Both the position numbers and the translations under genes were made by a program. The notes below the pieces were generated by a model. That model had not been told where the DNA came from. It worked only from the letters and a program-made list of their open reading frames with translations, and did not search any database. From Phoronis australis (taxonomy: Eukaryota > Animalia > Phoronida), in NCBI GenBank assembly GCA_002633005.1, contig NMRA01000643.1, positions 166,544 to 230,543 of the forward strand: a stretch of 64,000 nucleotides of DNA. The letters run 5' to 3'. Positions 28,701-40,806 of this stretch are shown here, one piece after another. Every line of letters starts with the position of its first letter. Positions within the stretch are counted from its first letter, which is position 1.

Positions 28701-29500
28701 GCGTGAGCGGTTTGAACTTGCGTATACTGCATCTTTTTCCCATCATAATGATACACTTGACCGTTGTCAGTTAACTTATTAAAGCTAATTTTTGCCTTCA
28801 ACATGTTTTGCGATCGGTAATATTGTTCGTATAACTTGCGTCTTGCCTGTTTTACCTGGAGAGAGAAGTCTTTGTTACGATCATGTCGCGATTATCTATA
28901 CTTCTCCTTTTCTTCAGGACTCATCTTGGCAATAATATTCTATTTAATAGTGTTTCACTTCAAGTCCGGAACTTTGCAGATTTCAGAAGATTAGATCCAT
29001 TAAAACTGCTGTTTCAGTATTTCCCTTGGCAATTTGCCAAATATATCAAGTTTGCTTTTGAACTTAGAAACCATCGCATTCATAGTATGAACCCAACTGG
29101 ACTGGGTACTTATTTTCCTTACGAATGTTATACCTATAACTGTTTAAATTAATTGTACATACATACACAAAATGTACCAAGAGTGGCGTAGATGAAGTAA
29201 TATCCCACGAGACATTCCGGTCTCCGTCGTTACGCGGAATAATATCTCGTATGATCTGACTTCATCTTCGCCAATAGAGGTACGTTTTGTATGTATCCCA
29301 TACGCTTCGAATTCCTGAGTTTCGTTCATTTTTCAGCAGATTTTTTAATTGTTCACGTGGCTGATTACATCCTATGTGTATATACTTGCGTGTTAGGTTA
29401 CAAGTTTTCTCTACTAAAGGAAACAGTTTTAAAATATGTACCGGTATCTTACTCAAAAAGAGGTAACAAAGATGTAAACAACGGTAATTAAGCATTGAAC
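25800..29500 (-). mobile_element. Degenerate LINE (ORF1 remnant, APE endonuclease, RT, C-terminal domain), tail-to-tail with the previous LINE
   Basis: GRYSGGVNVFIK, GNFTCFASGGCSLVDYLLIS, SDHLPI, GTRQGCMISPLLF, LLYADD, VNLKKTKIIVF, LCYGVEVWG, FRCANHRLAVETG. The 5' boundary is approximate. Confidence 0.88.
27089..27327 (+). mobile_element. tRNA-derived SINE inserted into the LINE RT
   Basis: tRNA-like head with B box ggttcgagtcc (27141-27151). 11-bp TSD ttatcatacag at 27078-27088 and 27328-27338. Removing it restores GTRQG-CMISP. Confidence 0.85.
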
Positions 29501-30480
29501 TTGTAACAATTCCTGAAAATAGTTAAGTAACAACAATATTTGATATTGTAGTTACCAAAGAATCAACGCCTGAGTTGCAGACAATTTAATTTATTTAGCA
29601 ATTGAAAACTGAGACAGAAGTGTCATATAATTAAAAGTTTTGAACAAGATGTTACGGTTTGGGACCTGATTGCATGTCAAGTGTTATATGTACTGCTACA
29701 ACTATATTCCTTTAAACTATATTCGAAAAGTTTGATGGTCAAACTGGCTAAGGACGTTGAGTTGACATTGACCTACCTTTTGAACTTTCCATGTCAGAGG
29801 GCACTCTTGAAGTAGTGGGGGAGGTGAATATGGAAAACAATATACATGGCCGTATTGCACGCGACTGATTCAACGCGTATGAAATAAATACATACATACA
29901 TACATACATATAGTGAACTAGTTAAAAACCTTAATTCTGATCTTGGAACAATTATTGCACAAACCGACACCTAACGAAAGATCTGGCTGCAGCCATCTTC
30001 ATGATGTGGTAAAGATCACCAGTACTCGGTTGTCTGTTTTTCGGAATAACACTGGAATTTGTTGTAGCCTGTTTCCTCTTAATTTTTGTGCAGTTATTCA
30101 GAATCTTAATGTTTGTTATCATGATCAGAATCATCACCATTGTCCTGGTCATCTTCATTACCATTATCATGTTCATTATATTTTAATTCAAGTTGCTTTG
30201 GAATTCTCAAGAGGGCTTCCATTAATTTCCTTGTCCATCTTTCTTGATTACTTAAATTACAGTTACAACCTGTCCTTTTCTGTGTTTTCACATATTTTAG
30301 CTGTTGCCGCGTTTGTGTAATCATCTAGGATATTTTGAAACCATTTTACAAACGAGATTGCATTTCATGAATAGTAAGATATGCTAGGGCTTAAAAGGTT
30401 ATATAAATGTTCATTTGTTGTCCAAGGCCTACTGGTAGCAGCTCCGCTTAAAATGATTTTCTCGGCTTTGTTACTGTGAA

Positions 30481-31175
30481 CTAAATATTGAACAAATGGG
30501 CTGATAGTTATTCCATTGTAACATGCCAGCTGGATAATATTTTGGCATTACTTTGACATCCTGGATTTTCTGAAGCCTCTCTTGCATTTTCTGAATCAAG
30601 TTCATTCGTCGTCTTCTCCATCATCATATCTTTATTCCATTTCTCAGTGGCTGCTTTTGAAACGTGTTGAGTTTGGGCAAGCTTTTCAGAATTCAAGTGC
30701 TTTGTTAGCACAGCTGGCGAATCTGGTGGGTCCAATTGAAAGACAGGGTTGGTTACCTCAAAGCTTGTGATATCATCAGTTGAGACTAATGATGAGCACA
30801 TTGGAGAAACTGTCTTCAATAGCCAAGAGTAGCTTAGTTGACCCTGAGTTAAGTAAACTAGGTTGCCTGTTTTTCAGACCTATCAATTGAGTCATCCATT
30901 CTGGTGCTGGTCTCAGAAATGAAGGTGTTTTTTTCAGGCTTGCTCTATTGTTTTCGCTCTCCTTAGCTTGTAGCAGTGGATGGCATATTCTGTATGTTTC
31001 CTCCATTTTATTCATATCTACTCTCGTTATTTTGTTGACTTCAGAACTTGTAGAGGCTTCCGAATCTTGTATTTGTGACCGTTTCAACTCGTCTTTTCCC
31101 AATTTCTTTACCCCTTTTGATTTCTTAGCTTTTGTCAACTTCAGCACTTTTTCACCTGTACGTTGTTTTCCAACT
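30481..31175 (-). pseudogene. Out-of-frame remnant of the receptor copy 2 cytoplasmic tail
   Basis: ORFs 30776-31234 and 30508-30819 match the copy 3 tail (MEETYR.CHPLL, FEVTNPVFQ, SEKLA). A second (+1) frameshift lies near 30856 and a TAA at 30508. Confidence 0.85.
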
Positions 31176-32061
31176 TCTTTAGCATCTTTATGCGACATTT
31201 CAACTCTATAATGATCTCTTGCTTCCAGACGCATGCCAGGAATATCACAACACTGTCAAGAATCATCGCGATCTCTCTTGTCATTTCTATAGCAGAGTTA
31301 TTGGGGTTTGTAAACAATAGGAAATGTATAATCATGCTTATTGTCATGGAGATAGAACACGCGGCATTGCGTAATGTATTCCTCTTCTCAGATTGAGTCA
31401 TCTGAATGCTGTTTATTGGGTCTTTTTGGTAGAAACTCTTGATCATTGCCACACAGCAGTGGATGTATATCACAAAGTTAGTGAACACAAAACAACTGCA
31501 TGGAACGACAAAGAATGCCAAGAGTGCGGGTACAGTAGAGATGAAGCATGTTGTCTTCCCTATTCCGAGGTCAAAACCCAAATACGCATTGATCCCGCTA
31601 TGTCTTCCTGTGGTCAATGTAGCCAGAATTATCGGCCCGACAATTACCAGTGGCAATAACCAGCAGTAAAGTGTATATGTGATGTACTGTTTCATGTTTG
31701 ACTTCTTCCCCTGAAAGTAGTGCGTGAGGTTCCACCAGTTATCAATGACGTTCATCTTCAACCACAGGAATGTCGCCACCCAGAAATACTGGTTCAAGCT
31801 GGCTCCTGTCCAACACACGGCTTGGTTCTGTGTGGCGTGCAGAGTAGAGTCTCCGATGATCTGTTGTGCCACTCGAGCAAAGCACATGTTGATGATACAG
31901 TATCCGCCAGGAGTGTGGAGCCGCGGTACAATGATGTAGATTACAGCCGTTGTGGTCAGCATGACAATACTGGCCACCGTAATTATTTGCTCAACTTGGT
32001 AAATTTCCACATCTGAGCCATCTTGAGTTAGGTTTGAGGGTGTTGTAAATGGAGTCGTCAT
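31141..32061 (-). CDS. Class B2/Mth-like 7TM receptor copy 2: intact 7TM core, truncated tail (possible pseudogene)
   Basis: Nearly colinear with copy 3 through TM7. The first ATG is at 32061 (the ORF track starts at a GTG). A 4-nt deletion near 31175 shifts the frame just after TM7. Confidence 0.75.
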   Translation of the reverse strand: MTTPFTTPSNLTQDGSDVEIYQVEQIITVASIVMLTTTAVIYIIVPRLHTPGGYCIINMCFARVAQQIIGDSTLHATQNQAVCWTGASLNQYFWVATFLWLKMNVIDNWWNLTHYFQGKKSNMKQYITYTLYCWLLPLVIVGPIILATLTTGRHSGINAYLGFDLGIGKTTCFISTVPALLAFFVVPCSCFVFTNFVIYIHCCVAMIKSFYQKDPINSIQMTQSEKRNTLRNAACSISMTISMIIHFLLFTNPNNSAIEMTREIAMILDSVVIFLACVWKQEIIIELKCRIKMLKKLENNVQVKKC

Positions 32062-32199
32062 ATCCACTGGCTATGAAATGAATTCAAACTAGGGTTTGTT
32101 ACTTATAGCTCTTTTTCTTGCATAACCGTCATGTGCTCTGCTGTTTCAGTCAACAAGAATATAGCGGCCATGTCTGCATGAAATTCAATAGTACATATA

Positions 32200-33300
32200 C
32201 CGTATTCGCCGTAATAACCGCCCAGGGCGCTTAGAAAAGTTCGTTTCAGGGGGGCGCTTATTATAACCCTAAGCCGTTGAAACCTGGTCTCCGAAACGGG
32301 TGAAATCGGAAGCTAAGATTCAATATATTTACGCTCTGTGACGTATCTGTAATCTATGAAAGACTTTCTACAAAACTCTGGTGCATTGCTATCAAAGTTT
32401 GCTGCTAAATTAAGATCATTTTACAGAAAATTGTGCTGAAATCCCAGGGCGAAAACTCGCTGACTGCCTGCCTCGCAATCGTCGATATGGCGACGTGAGT
32501 GCTTGAATAAAAATACAGTTTCGACTCAAGCAAATAACCTGAAATCCTTCTTAAGTTTTCCCATATTAGTCGCCGTGTAGCTGGATGCGTACGTAACTAT
32601 CTACAGTTATTTTTCGGTGTAAGGGTGTGTAAGCATTCACTGTCAGTGGTTATTTTATCGGATATTTGGCTTAAAAACACCAGTTATGGTTCATCAAACA
32701 ATTCATTTTAAAAGTAACGCAAACATTTTTTATCGTAGAGAAACTGTCGGAAATTAGTGCCAATATTCATTTCTTGCCGATGCTATGCTACCTGTTTCAT
32801 GAATGGATATTTCCCGACTAATGCCTTTGATGACAGGTTCATGTATGTAGTACGCGCTTCCTGGCCACGTGCTTTTAACACTAGCCAAGCTGTTTATTAG
32901 TCTTCGATTCGCAGTTTTCACGTGTAGGCCTTCAAAGAAATTTGGATTCCTGTTGAAAGCGGGGAATATCTACAAAACAATCCCGTAGACTTCTGTTCTG
33001 AAAGGCCAGACCATTGGTCCTCGCAATATCAGCAGAACTGTGTTCGTTTTGAGGCATGGCGGAAGTTTGAAGTGTATAGTCACGGCTAAATACCGACATA
33101 ACTGCGAGGCTCGTGGTCTACAAATTCTGCGCACAATGATTTTTTCCAGGACTGTCGGATATTATTGATAAATTGAAGACGTTACTGTAGAATTTTAGGA
33201 CTGTAGGTAAGGCATTTTTCGCACGTTCATGTTCTTGGAGTAGGCGCTTACTTTAGCAAAGTCTGAAAACGTGTGGGGGGCGCTTATAGGGGCATGGGCA
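32200..33300 (+). mobile_element. Tc2/pogo-like non-autonomous DNA transposon (CCGTA termini), right TIR truncated, internally deleted
   Basis: Starts TA|ccgtattcgccgtaataaccgccc. Homologous to the copies at 37839 and 54094. Absent at the paralogous site near 48110. Confidence 0.85.
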
Positions 33301-33317
33301 GTACCATCTACTGACAT

Positions 33318-33666
33318 CAGGGCTTGGAATTTTCCTCTATTTTTGCATGGGCGGTGCACCATAAGGGGCTGGGGGGGCTATAGCCCCCCACTTCTTTCTG
33401 TGCTATGCCGCACATGGTCTGTAGGCGATGCACCACAAGGTGGCTGAGGGGGCTTCAGCCTCACCACTTTTTTCAGTGCTGCGGCGCCCATGTTTTGGTT
33501 TCAATTGTCTATTATTTGATTTCCAGTTTGTTCTTTTTTATCATTATTTTGTTTTTATTCATGGAAAAAGATTCCTTTCAGTTAAATTTTATGCAAGCCT
33601 ATTTGTGGACCGATTCATCACCTAGAAGTTTTTTCCTCTTTTTATCATTGGTCATTACAAGCCCTG
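33318..33666. mobile_element. hAT-like MITE (CAGGGCTTGGAAT family) with a small nested inverted-repeat element (catgggcg...cgcccatg, ~33346-33493)
   Basis: TIRs cagggcttggaat / attacaagccctg; flanks tgacat/tggcat. Confidence 0.75.
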
Positions 33667-34058
33667 TGGCATGTTGTGGGGGAGTCAATAAATATTTTCA
33701 CTTATGGTGTAGTGAATTGTAAGTCTGCTTGGACAGAGATTTAAAGCCAGTGTTTTGTAATTTTCATAGGTGACCGCTTTTCAATTATTCATTATCACTA
33801 GCACTTTCGTTGTTGTTGTTAGCACATTAATCCAGGGATTCGGAATGCTGCTATGAACCTGTCTACCATAAAGAAATTGTCCTTCAGTTTATACCTCTCA
33901 CGTTTCTGAAATTGGTCTCAACATGTTCTTTACTCAAATTAGAGTAGTTTAATTGCTTGAGAGGCATAAGAATTGGGCTTGTGATAACAAACCGTTGTAT
34001 GTGACGACGAGCCATGCTCTAAAGCATTTAATGAATAGTCAGTTCTTTCCAAGCCACG

Positions 34059-34278
34059 AAACCACCTCTCATCTCAGTAAGAAACAAACCACCTCTCACC
34101 TGAGTAAGGAACAAACCACCTCTCACCTGAGTAAGGAACAAACCACCTCTCACCTGAGTAGGGAATAAACCACCTCTCATCTGAGTAGGGAACAAACCAC
34201 CTCTCACCTGAGTGAAGATCAAACCACCTCTCACCTGATTAATGAACAAACCACCTCTCACCTGAGTAAGGAACAAAC
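34059..34278. repeat. 27-bp minisatellite (aaaccacctctcacctgagtaaggaac), 8 units
   Basis: Directly visible; it generates the spurious repetitive ORFs at 33953 and 34028. Confidence 0.95.
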
Positions 34279-36062
34279 ATTTGGACCAGTTAGTGAGACA
34301 TGTCCAAAGTCAAAAGGTTTTTTCTTTGATGGATTTCGCAGGTTCACGGTAGCTTTAAGTCATTTTTCATATAAATGACTTGTGTTTTGTAACGGATATT
34401 CTGACTATATTTTACCGTTTTTGCTACAAGTTGAGACCAATTTACAGTAAATGGTCTAAATCAAAAGATAGTTCTTGTAGGGAAGTGTCCCCCAACTGCA
34501 GCTTTAAGTATTGTTTGTTGTTGGCACTGACATAATTGTTCATTGAGGGGCTTAATACAACACTAATAGGTCTATGTGAACTATTGATCTTAAGTAGCAA
34601 CTCTTCCCATCCTATTATGTAATATTACTTCTAATGTAAGGTTATTCGGTACTGGGTTGTGCACTCACTGTGATCATCTGCATGCTTTCTAAAAATTTGT
34701 AAAACTTGGATTTGTTTGTTTGGAAAGTGTTTTTTTTTTCTTTGTTTATTATCTAGTTGTCAATTTTATTGAAAACTTTTGCAGTGAAATGAATATAGGT
34801 TTTCCAACTTCAAGAATTAGAAATCTGCTCATTCCTTTGTAGAAAACTTGACATTTATAACTTAATCACTTCATAATCTCTTGTGGTTTATGTGAGATAT
34901 GCATTCCTTAGGTTTTCAAACATCATTGTTTTAATCCACTTGTTAACACATATTCCATCCAGCATTCCTTTTGGCAATGTATGCCTGAAGTGGTTTGCCA
35001 AACTGTTAAATTTAAACCTCTTAAATCTAGATTATATGATTCCCCACAAAATCAATGGGGAAGTTTAACAATAGTTTTTGTTGCGCAATGAGAAATGTTA
35101 ATGTTGACTATTCCTCTTTGCAAAAATAACAAAGGTATTAGCTCAAATGTAAAGAATTAATCTTTAGACTTACCTAGCAGTTACAAATTCCAAATTATAA
35201 GTCTGTGGCAAAACTCCTTTAAATTCCCATGTACACAACTATGTGGTATGCTAGCAAATCAAGGAATATTAAATGTGTTCTGTTACTCTTTGTTTTTCAT
35301 TCAGGTAAGCATTGTTGCTTTTATTTTCTTACAGGTGTTTTATTTGTTACTTGCCTTTACAGTACGGCTTTTCAAGTCACAAAATATTTTATTCTTGTTC
35401 AACAGTAACGGTTTTTACTATTCTCTAACATGTTGACATAATAATCAATAAATACATATAGTTCCTATGACTTCAGTTTCCAATGTTATTTTTTCTCGGT
35501 TGCTATTGATAAGATCAGTAAAGTCGTTGTTAAATGGGTGACTGAGAGAAAAGATAATATGACGCTTTATATCTAGATTGGCAACTTCAGTATGTCAGAG
35601 TCTCTATCTCTTTTAGAAAAGTCACTACAAAATTGGTTTGGGAAAGGGTAGATCCACAATAACAACCAAAGAGGGTTTGACTGACATAGTCCTCTATTAC
35701 ATTGATTCAAAAGGCAGGGTGTCCAAATCCCCTAGGCTACTTATGGCTTTACAATTAGGCTTTTAAATTCCCACTTGAAACTGTGTGTGGTTGCATCTAT
35801 CATTTTTGTTGTTCAATATATGGTGAACTTTCACATGAACCCTGTGAGTATGAACTAGTACCTCCATCTAATGTTTGGGCATGGAATTAGGCTGTTTCCC
35901 ATGTGACAAACATTTCTATTGCTTTCGGTGTTTTGTGTAAGTCGAACTACAGTGATGATTTTTCTGTTCTTCCTAAACCCATAAATAACTTTTGAACTTA
36001 GTTGGAATCATTTTTGGTGTTGTAAGTGATTCATTTCTAAAGGGAACATTATGCTTTTGATA

Positions 36063-36251
36063 TGATATGTAGCCTATGGTGATTGGAGTCTGGGTTATCA
36101 CTACATGTTGTGATATGTAGCCATGGTGATTGGAGTCTGGGTTATCACTACATGTTGTGATATGTAGCCATGGTGATTGGAGTCTGGGTTATCACTACAT
36201 GTTGTGATATGTAGCCATGGTGATTGGAGTCTGGGTTATCACTACATGTTG
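36063..36251. repeat. 46-bp tandem repeat x4 with an internal inverted repeat
   Basis: Unit tgatatgtagccatggtgattggagtctgggttatcactacatgttg; copies are near-identical. Confidence 0.95.
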
Positions 36252-36454
36252 ATCACAAGTTTCCAAATCACACAATGTCCATATGCATCCTTTTCAAATG
36301 CTTTTATTCCTGTGACTTTGGTACTTTGGTATTGAGTGATGCGATTTCTGGCAAAGTATAAAGTTTTAATTTGAAAAGACTTGGTTTTTTAATTATACTC
36401 GATATTTTTCACATTGATTTTACTAGACTAGGTATTTTATTTACATTTTGTCAG

Positions 36455-36528
36455 GTACTGTCCTTCCATTGAATCTAAAGTACTACGTTTTGGCGGAAGA
36501 CCTCATCAAATTTGGTTGGAACCTGAAG
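36455..36528 (+). CDS. MTO1: MTO1 internal exon (74 bp)
   Basis: ttttgtcag|G TAC TGT ... GAA G|gttagc = (R)[24 protein letters not shown](G), containing the GidA/MnmG motifs RYCPSIE and LEPEG. Confidence 0.95.
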
Positions 36529-37153
36529 GTTAGCAGAGTTGTTTTTTTTATTTATACCTTAGCTTGCTCAGACCACATTCAAGTTAGCAAACCCAGTAGG
36601 GTGCTTCGAGCAGGTATTGCTCCACATGAACAATTGAATGGACTCTTCCAGTTTGTTATTGAGCACCAGCCTTTAATGTTACCAGTAATGTTCAAGAGGT
36701 TTCATAAATGACAAAAATCTGTTGAAATAAGAGGGATTGAACTTCATCCAGGATATTTGATAAGGGAGTCAATTTTTAATGCTCTAATCTACCCGCTATA
36801 AAGTGTCAATTCATTCGTCACAAAATGTTTTTTAATCATCGTGATTATAAGACTTTGGTCTTTAGATTCATCTGTCAAGAAATGGCCAAGTTTATCATTT
36901 GTAAAAAAATTGTCCACCCTACTACAAATTATCAAATGTTCTCTGTTTTATTGTAGAACAGTTTTTCAATACAAAGTATTCCTACCAAAAGAATCAGCTT
37001 ATTCTTCAGTTTATTTCTGCTGAGAATTTCAATGAAAATCAAATTAGTCATGTCAACCATGTGTGACAAGTAGGTGAAAAGTACTGTTTGGTTTTGATCA
37101 CACAATATGTTCTTTGTTTTTTCGAGTTATTTAAATCATGTCGCCTACTTCAG

Positions 37154-37270
37154 GTTTAGACTGTGATGTCATCTACCCTCAAGGAATGTCGTGCACCTTA
37201 CCTGAGGATATGCAGGTGGAACTCTTCAGGAAGATTCCAGGCTTGGAGCAGGTTGATCTGGTCAGACCAG
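37154..37270 (+). CDS. MTO1: MTO1 internal exon (117 bp)
   Basis: cttcag|...|gtatgc = (G)LDCDVIYPQGMSCTLPEDMQVELFRKIPGLEQVDLVRP(G); phase 1-1, compatible with its neighbours. Confidence 0.95.
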
Positions 37271-37838
37271 GTATGCTTGTGTGCGTTTGATGCGTTGTTG
37301 GGTTCAACTTAGGCCGTGAATAATGTGACAAATTTACTTACATTTTTAGAAAATGTATGGCCTTCGACTTAAATGAGGGACTGGCATCAGCAGTAAATGA
37401 AATAATAAAATGCACTTGATTTTGTTGTAAAAAGTAACAATTTACGGCCAATTTCAAGCAAAAATAATCACCAAAATTGGCCTTTTGTCATTAGTTGAGT
37501 AGAAAAATAGCCAACCCCCGTGCACCCCCTTCCCGGACTTCAACTCTTAAGTTGCATTTTTTGTGAAGAAAAATAAGTGTGCAACTTTAGTGCTTATAGT
37601 CAGCTTTTTAGTGAACCGGATTTCGGGGAAATGATTGCAGAAATGAGGGCAGTCATTAGGTGCTGATGTCACTGATTACATGTTCCATCATTCCATGTCG
37701 TTTTCATCGCTTTCCGTGAAACTGCCATACAACTCGTCATTTTCCTCTTTCCACTCCAGTCAACATTACTTCGGCTTAGGGAATGCCCAAAAAGGGATGG
37801 GATATTCTTCTTGAGCCGCATAACGGCTGTCAGAATTA

Positions 37839-40806
37839 CGGTACTCGCCGTAATAACCACCCATGCCCTATAAGCACCCCCCATGCGTTTTCAGACTTTG
37901 CTAAAATAAGTGCCCAGTCCATGAATGTGTATGTGCGAAAAATGCCTTACCTACAGTCCTAAAATTCTACAGTAACGTCTTCAATTTATCAATAATATCC
38001 GACAGTCCTGAAAAAAATCTTTGTGCCCAGAATTTGTAGACCACGAGCCTCGCCGTTATGTCGGTATTTAGCCGTGACTATGCACTTCAAACTTCCGCCA
38101 TATGCCTCAAATCGAACACAGAAGTTCTGCTGATATTGCGAGGACCAATGATCTGGCCTTTTAGAACAGAAGTAGTGTACTTGTCTATGGGATTGCTTTG
38201 TAGATATTTCCCGCTTTCAACAGGAATCTAAATTGCTTTGAAGGCCTACACGTGAAAACCGTGAATGGAAGACTAATAAACAGCTTGGCCAGTGTTCAGA
38301 GCACGTGGCCACGAAGCGCGCGCTACATACATGAACCTGTCATCAAAGGCATTAGTTGGGAACTATCCATTCATGAAACAGGTAGCATAGCATCGGCAAG
38401 AAATGAATATTGGCACTAATTTCCGACAGTTTCTCATACTATAAAAAATGTTTGCGTTATTTTTAAAGTGAATTGCTGATTAACCATAATTGGTGTTTTT
38501 AAGCCAAATATCCGATAAAATAACCACTGACAGTGAATGCTTACACACCCTTACATCGCAAATTAACTGTCAGATAGTCACGTACACATCCATCCACACG
38601 GCGACTAATATGGCCTTACCGAGACAAATGTCGGAACGTTTTTATGCGCCCACATACTTATATGTGGACGCATTATGCCGTCATCTCTGTCCGTCCGGGC
38701 GGCGTCCGCTGCTTTATCTCCAAAACCCTTTGACATACGTTCATGAAACTTGGCACATGTGTTCCATTCATGAATGGGACAGCATGTGCAAACTTTCGGA
38801 CAAATCCGACTACCGGTGTGCCCCCTAGTGGCAATTTTAGTTTTTTACGCTTTGTATCTTCAAAAGTCCTTAACGGATTTTCATGAAATGTCGTATGTAG
38901 GCACCTATTAGTGAGATGACGCTATCCTGCCATTTTCAGGTGGATTCACCATAGTTTGCGCCACCTAGTGGCCATTTTTATTGTTTTTGAGTCTGTTTTT
39001 GTGCGTCCTCCCCTCTATCAGCCAAACCGCTCAAAGGATGATTGTGAAAATTGGCATGTGTATGCTTACTATGTAGAGGACGGTTGACGATGATTTTCCG
39101 ACAANTTTTTTTTTTTTTTTTGCGCCTGTGGCTGTATCTCCTAAACCGTTTGTAGGATCTTTACGAAATTTAATAAGTGTATTTATATTACGTTCCCAAC
39201 AGACAATGACGACTTTTGGACGGATCCGCCTACCAGTGTGCCCCGTAGTGGCAATTTTATTTTTTTACGTTTACTTCTGTATCTTCACAAGTCCTTAACG
39301 GATTTTCATGAAATTTGGTATGTAGGCACCTATTAGTGCGATGACGCTATCCTCCCGTTTTCGGATGGATTCAACCTAGTTAGCGACACCCAGTGGCCCT
39401 TTTTACTGTTTTTTGAGTCTGTTTTTTGGCGTCCACCCCTCTATCAGCCAAAGCGCTATAAGTATGATTGTGAAAATTGGCATGTATGTTCTTACTATGA
39501 AGAGGACAGTTGACGCTGAATTTCCCATGACTTTGATTACTGTGGCGCCTCCTAGTGGCAGTTTTTTTTGCGCCCATGGCTGTATCTCCCAAACTGTTTG
39601 CAGGATCTTTACTAAATTTAGCAAGTGTATTTAGGTGATGTTGACAACGGACGATGACGACTTTAGGATGATTCTGACTACCGGTATGCCTCTAGTGGCA
39701 ATTTTAGTATTTTACATTGACCTCTGTATTTTCATAGATCTTCAGGTGTATACTTTGTGTTACTTAGTGACTATGAAGGAAAAGTTCCAAGTAGAAATTT
39801 GTTTCTGGCATTCTAATGCTGTGCTAATCTCGTATGTTGGTAAATTTTTTTTTAATTCTATGTTTCTGTGGTGCTTTAAGCAACTGGTGTATAGGATGTG
39901 CTTGTATTATGAAGATCACTCACATTTTGCCCCTAGCCTATTGAGGAGACAATGACCATGCCTTTCCATTTTGCAAAGTACAACATACTACATGTATGAC
40001 CTCTACTGGCCACTTTATGGTACCAATAAACAACCCTAGAAGGATACCGTATGCGGTGCAATTGTGGGCGCATTTCAACGCTCTGCGTTGCTCTTGTTAG
40101 CACATGAGGCCGGCAAGTGCTGAATGAAACACGCTCTGGTTTAGGCCTACTGCTTGTGCAAATTTCTTTAGATACAATGCACATCTAATTCGTTAGATTG
40201 CGTGGCTCTGGCCAAAAGATGGTCTCTGCTCTGGCAAATGAACTCTGGTGACTGGCACGCGCTCGCTTACTCACAAACGCAGACAATTTCAAGACAAACG
40301 TCATGTGACAACAACATGACTGTGTGTTCATCCAGACATTTTTCTCATGTTGCCAATTATGTAGATGGCACGATATCTGGACAGATTTGTACTTAAACCT
40401 GCCGTGATCCCGACTCCACGCGAAATCTTAGGGACGCCAAACTTGGAAAACTTAAGGAGGATTTCAGGTAATTTGCTTGAGTCGAAACTGTGTTGTTATT
40501 CAAGCATTCAAGTCGCCATATCGACGATTGCAAGGCAGGCAGTCGGCCAGTTTTCGCCCTGGGATTTCAGCACAATTTTCTGTAAAATGATCGTAATTTA
40601 GCAGTAAAGTTTGATAGCAATGCACCACGGTTTTGTGGAAAGTCTTTCATAGATTACGAATACGTCACAGAGCGTAAATATAATGAGTCTTAGCTTCCGA
40701 TTTCACTCGTTTCGGAGACCGGGTTTCAACGGCCTTGGGTTATAATAAGGGCCCCCCTGAAACGAACTTTTCTAAGTACCCTGGGCGGTTATTACGGCGA
40801 TTACGG
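37839..40806 (-). mobile_element. Tc2/pogo-like MITE (inverted copy) nested in the Academ-like element
   Basis: TA|cggtactcgccgtaataacc ... ggttattacggcgattacgg|TA; reverse-complement homology to the copy at 32200-33300. Confidence 0.85.
38639..40098 (+). mobile_element. Helentron-associated (HINE/DINE-1-like) element with internal ~420-bp tandem repeats
   Basis: 5' T-run + atgcgcccaca, a nearby inverted copy tgtggacgcat, a short GTCC repeat, 3' subterminal tgtgggcgcat, stem-loop caacgc-tct-gcgttg, terminal cttgtt. Inserted in a T-run with no TSD. Contains an N at 39105. Confidence 0.8.

Noticed and set aside
29943-30324. His-rich and Asp/Asn-rich ORFs on both strands
   Set aside because: Low-complexity cat/gat sequence with stops nearby; at most a decayed repeat, with no assignable family.
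21281-36251. 26-, 27- and 46-bp repeat arrays as CRISPR arrays
   Set aside because: Units are head-to-tail with no unique spacers, there are no cas genes, and the context is a spliced animal locus.
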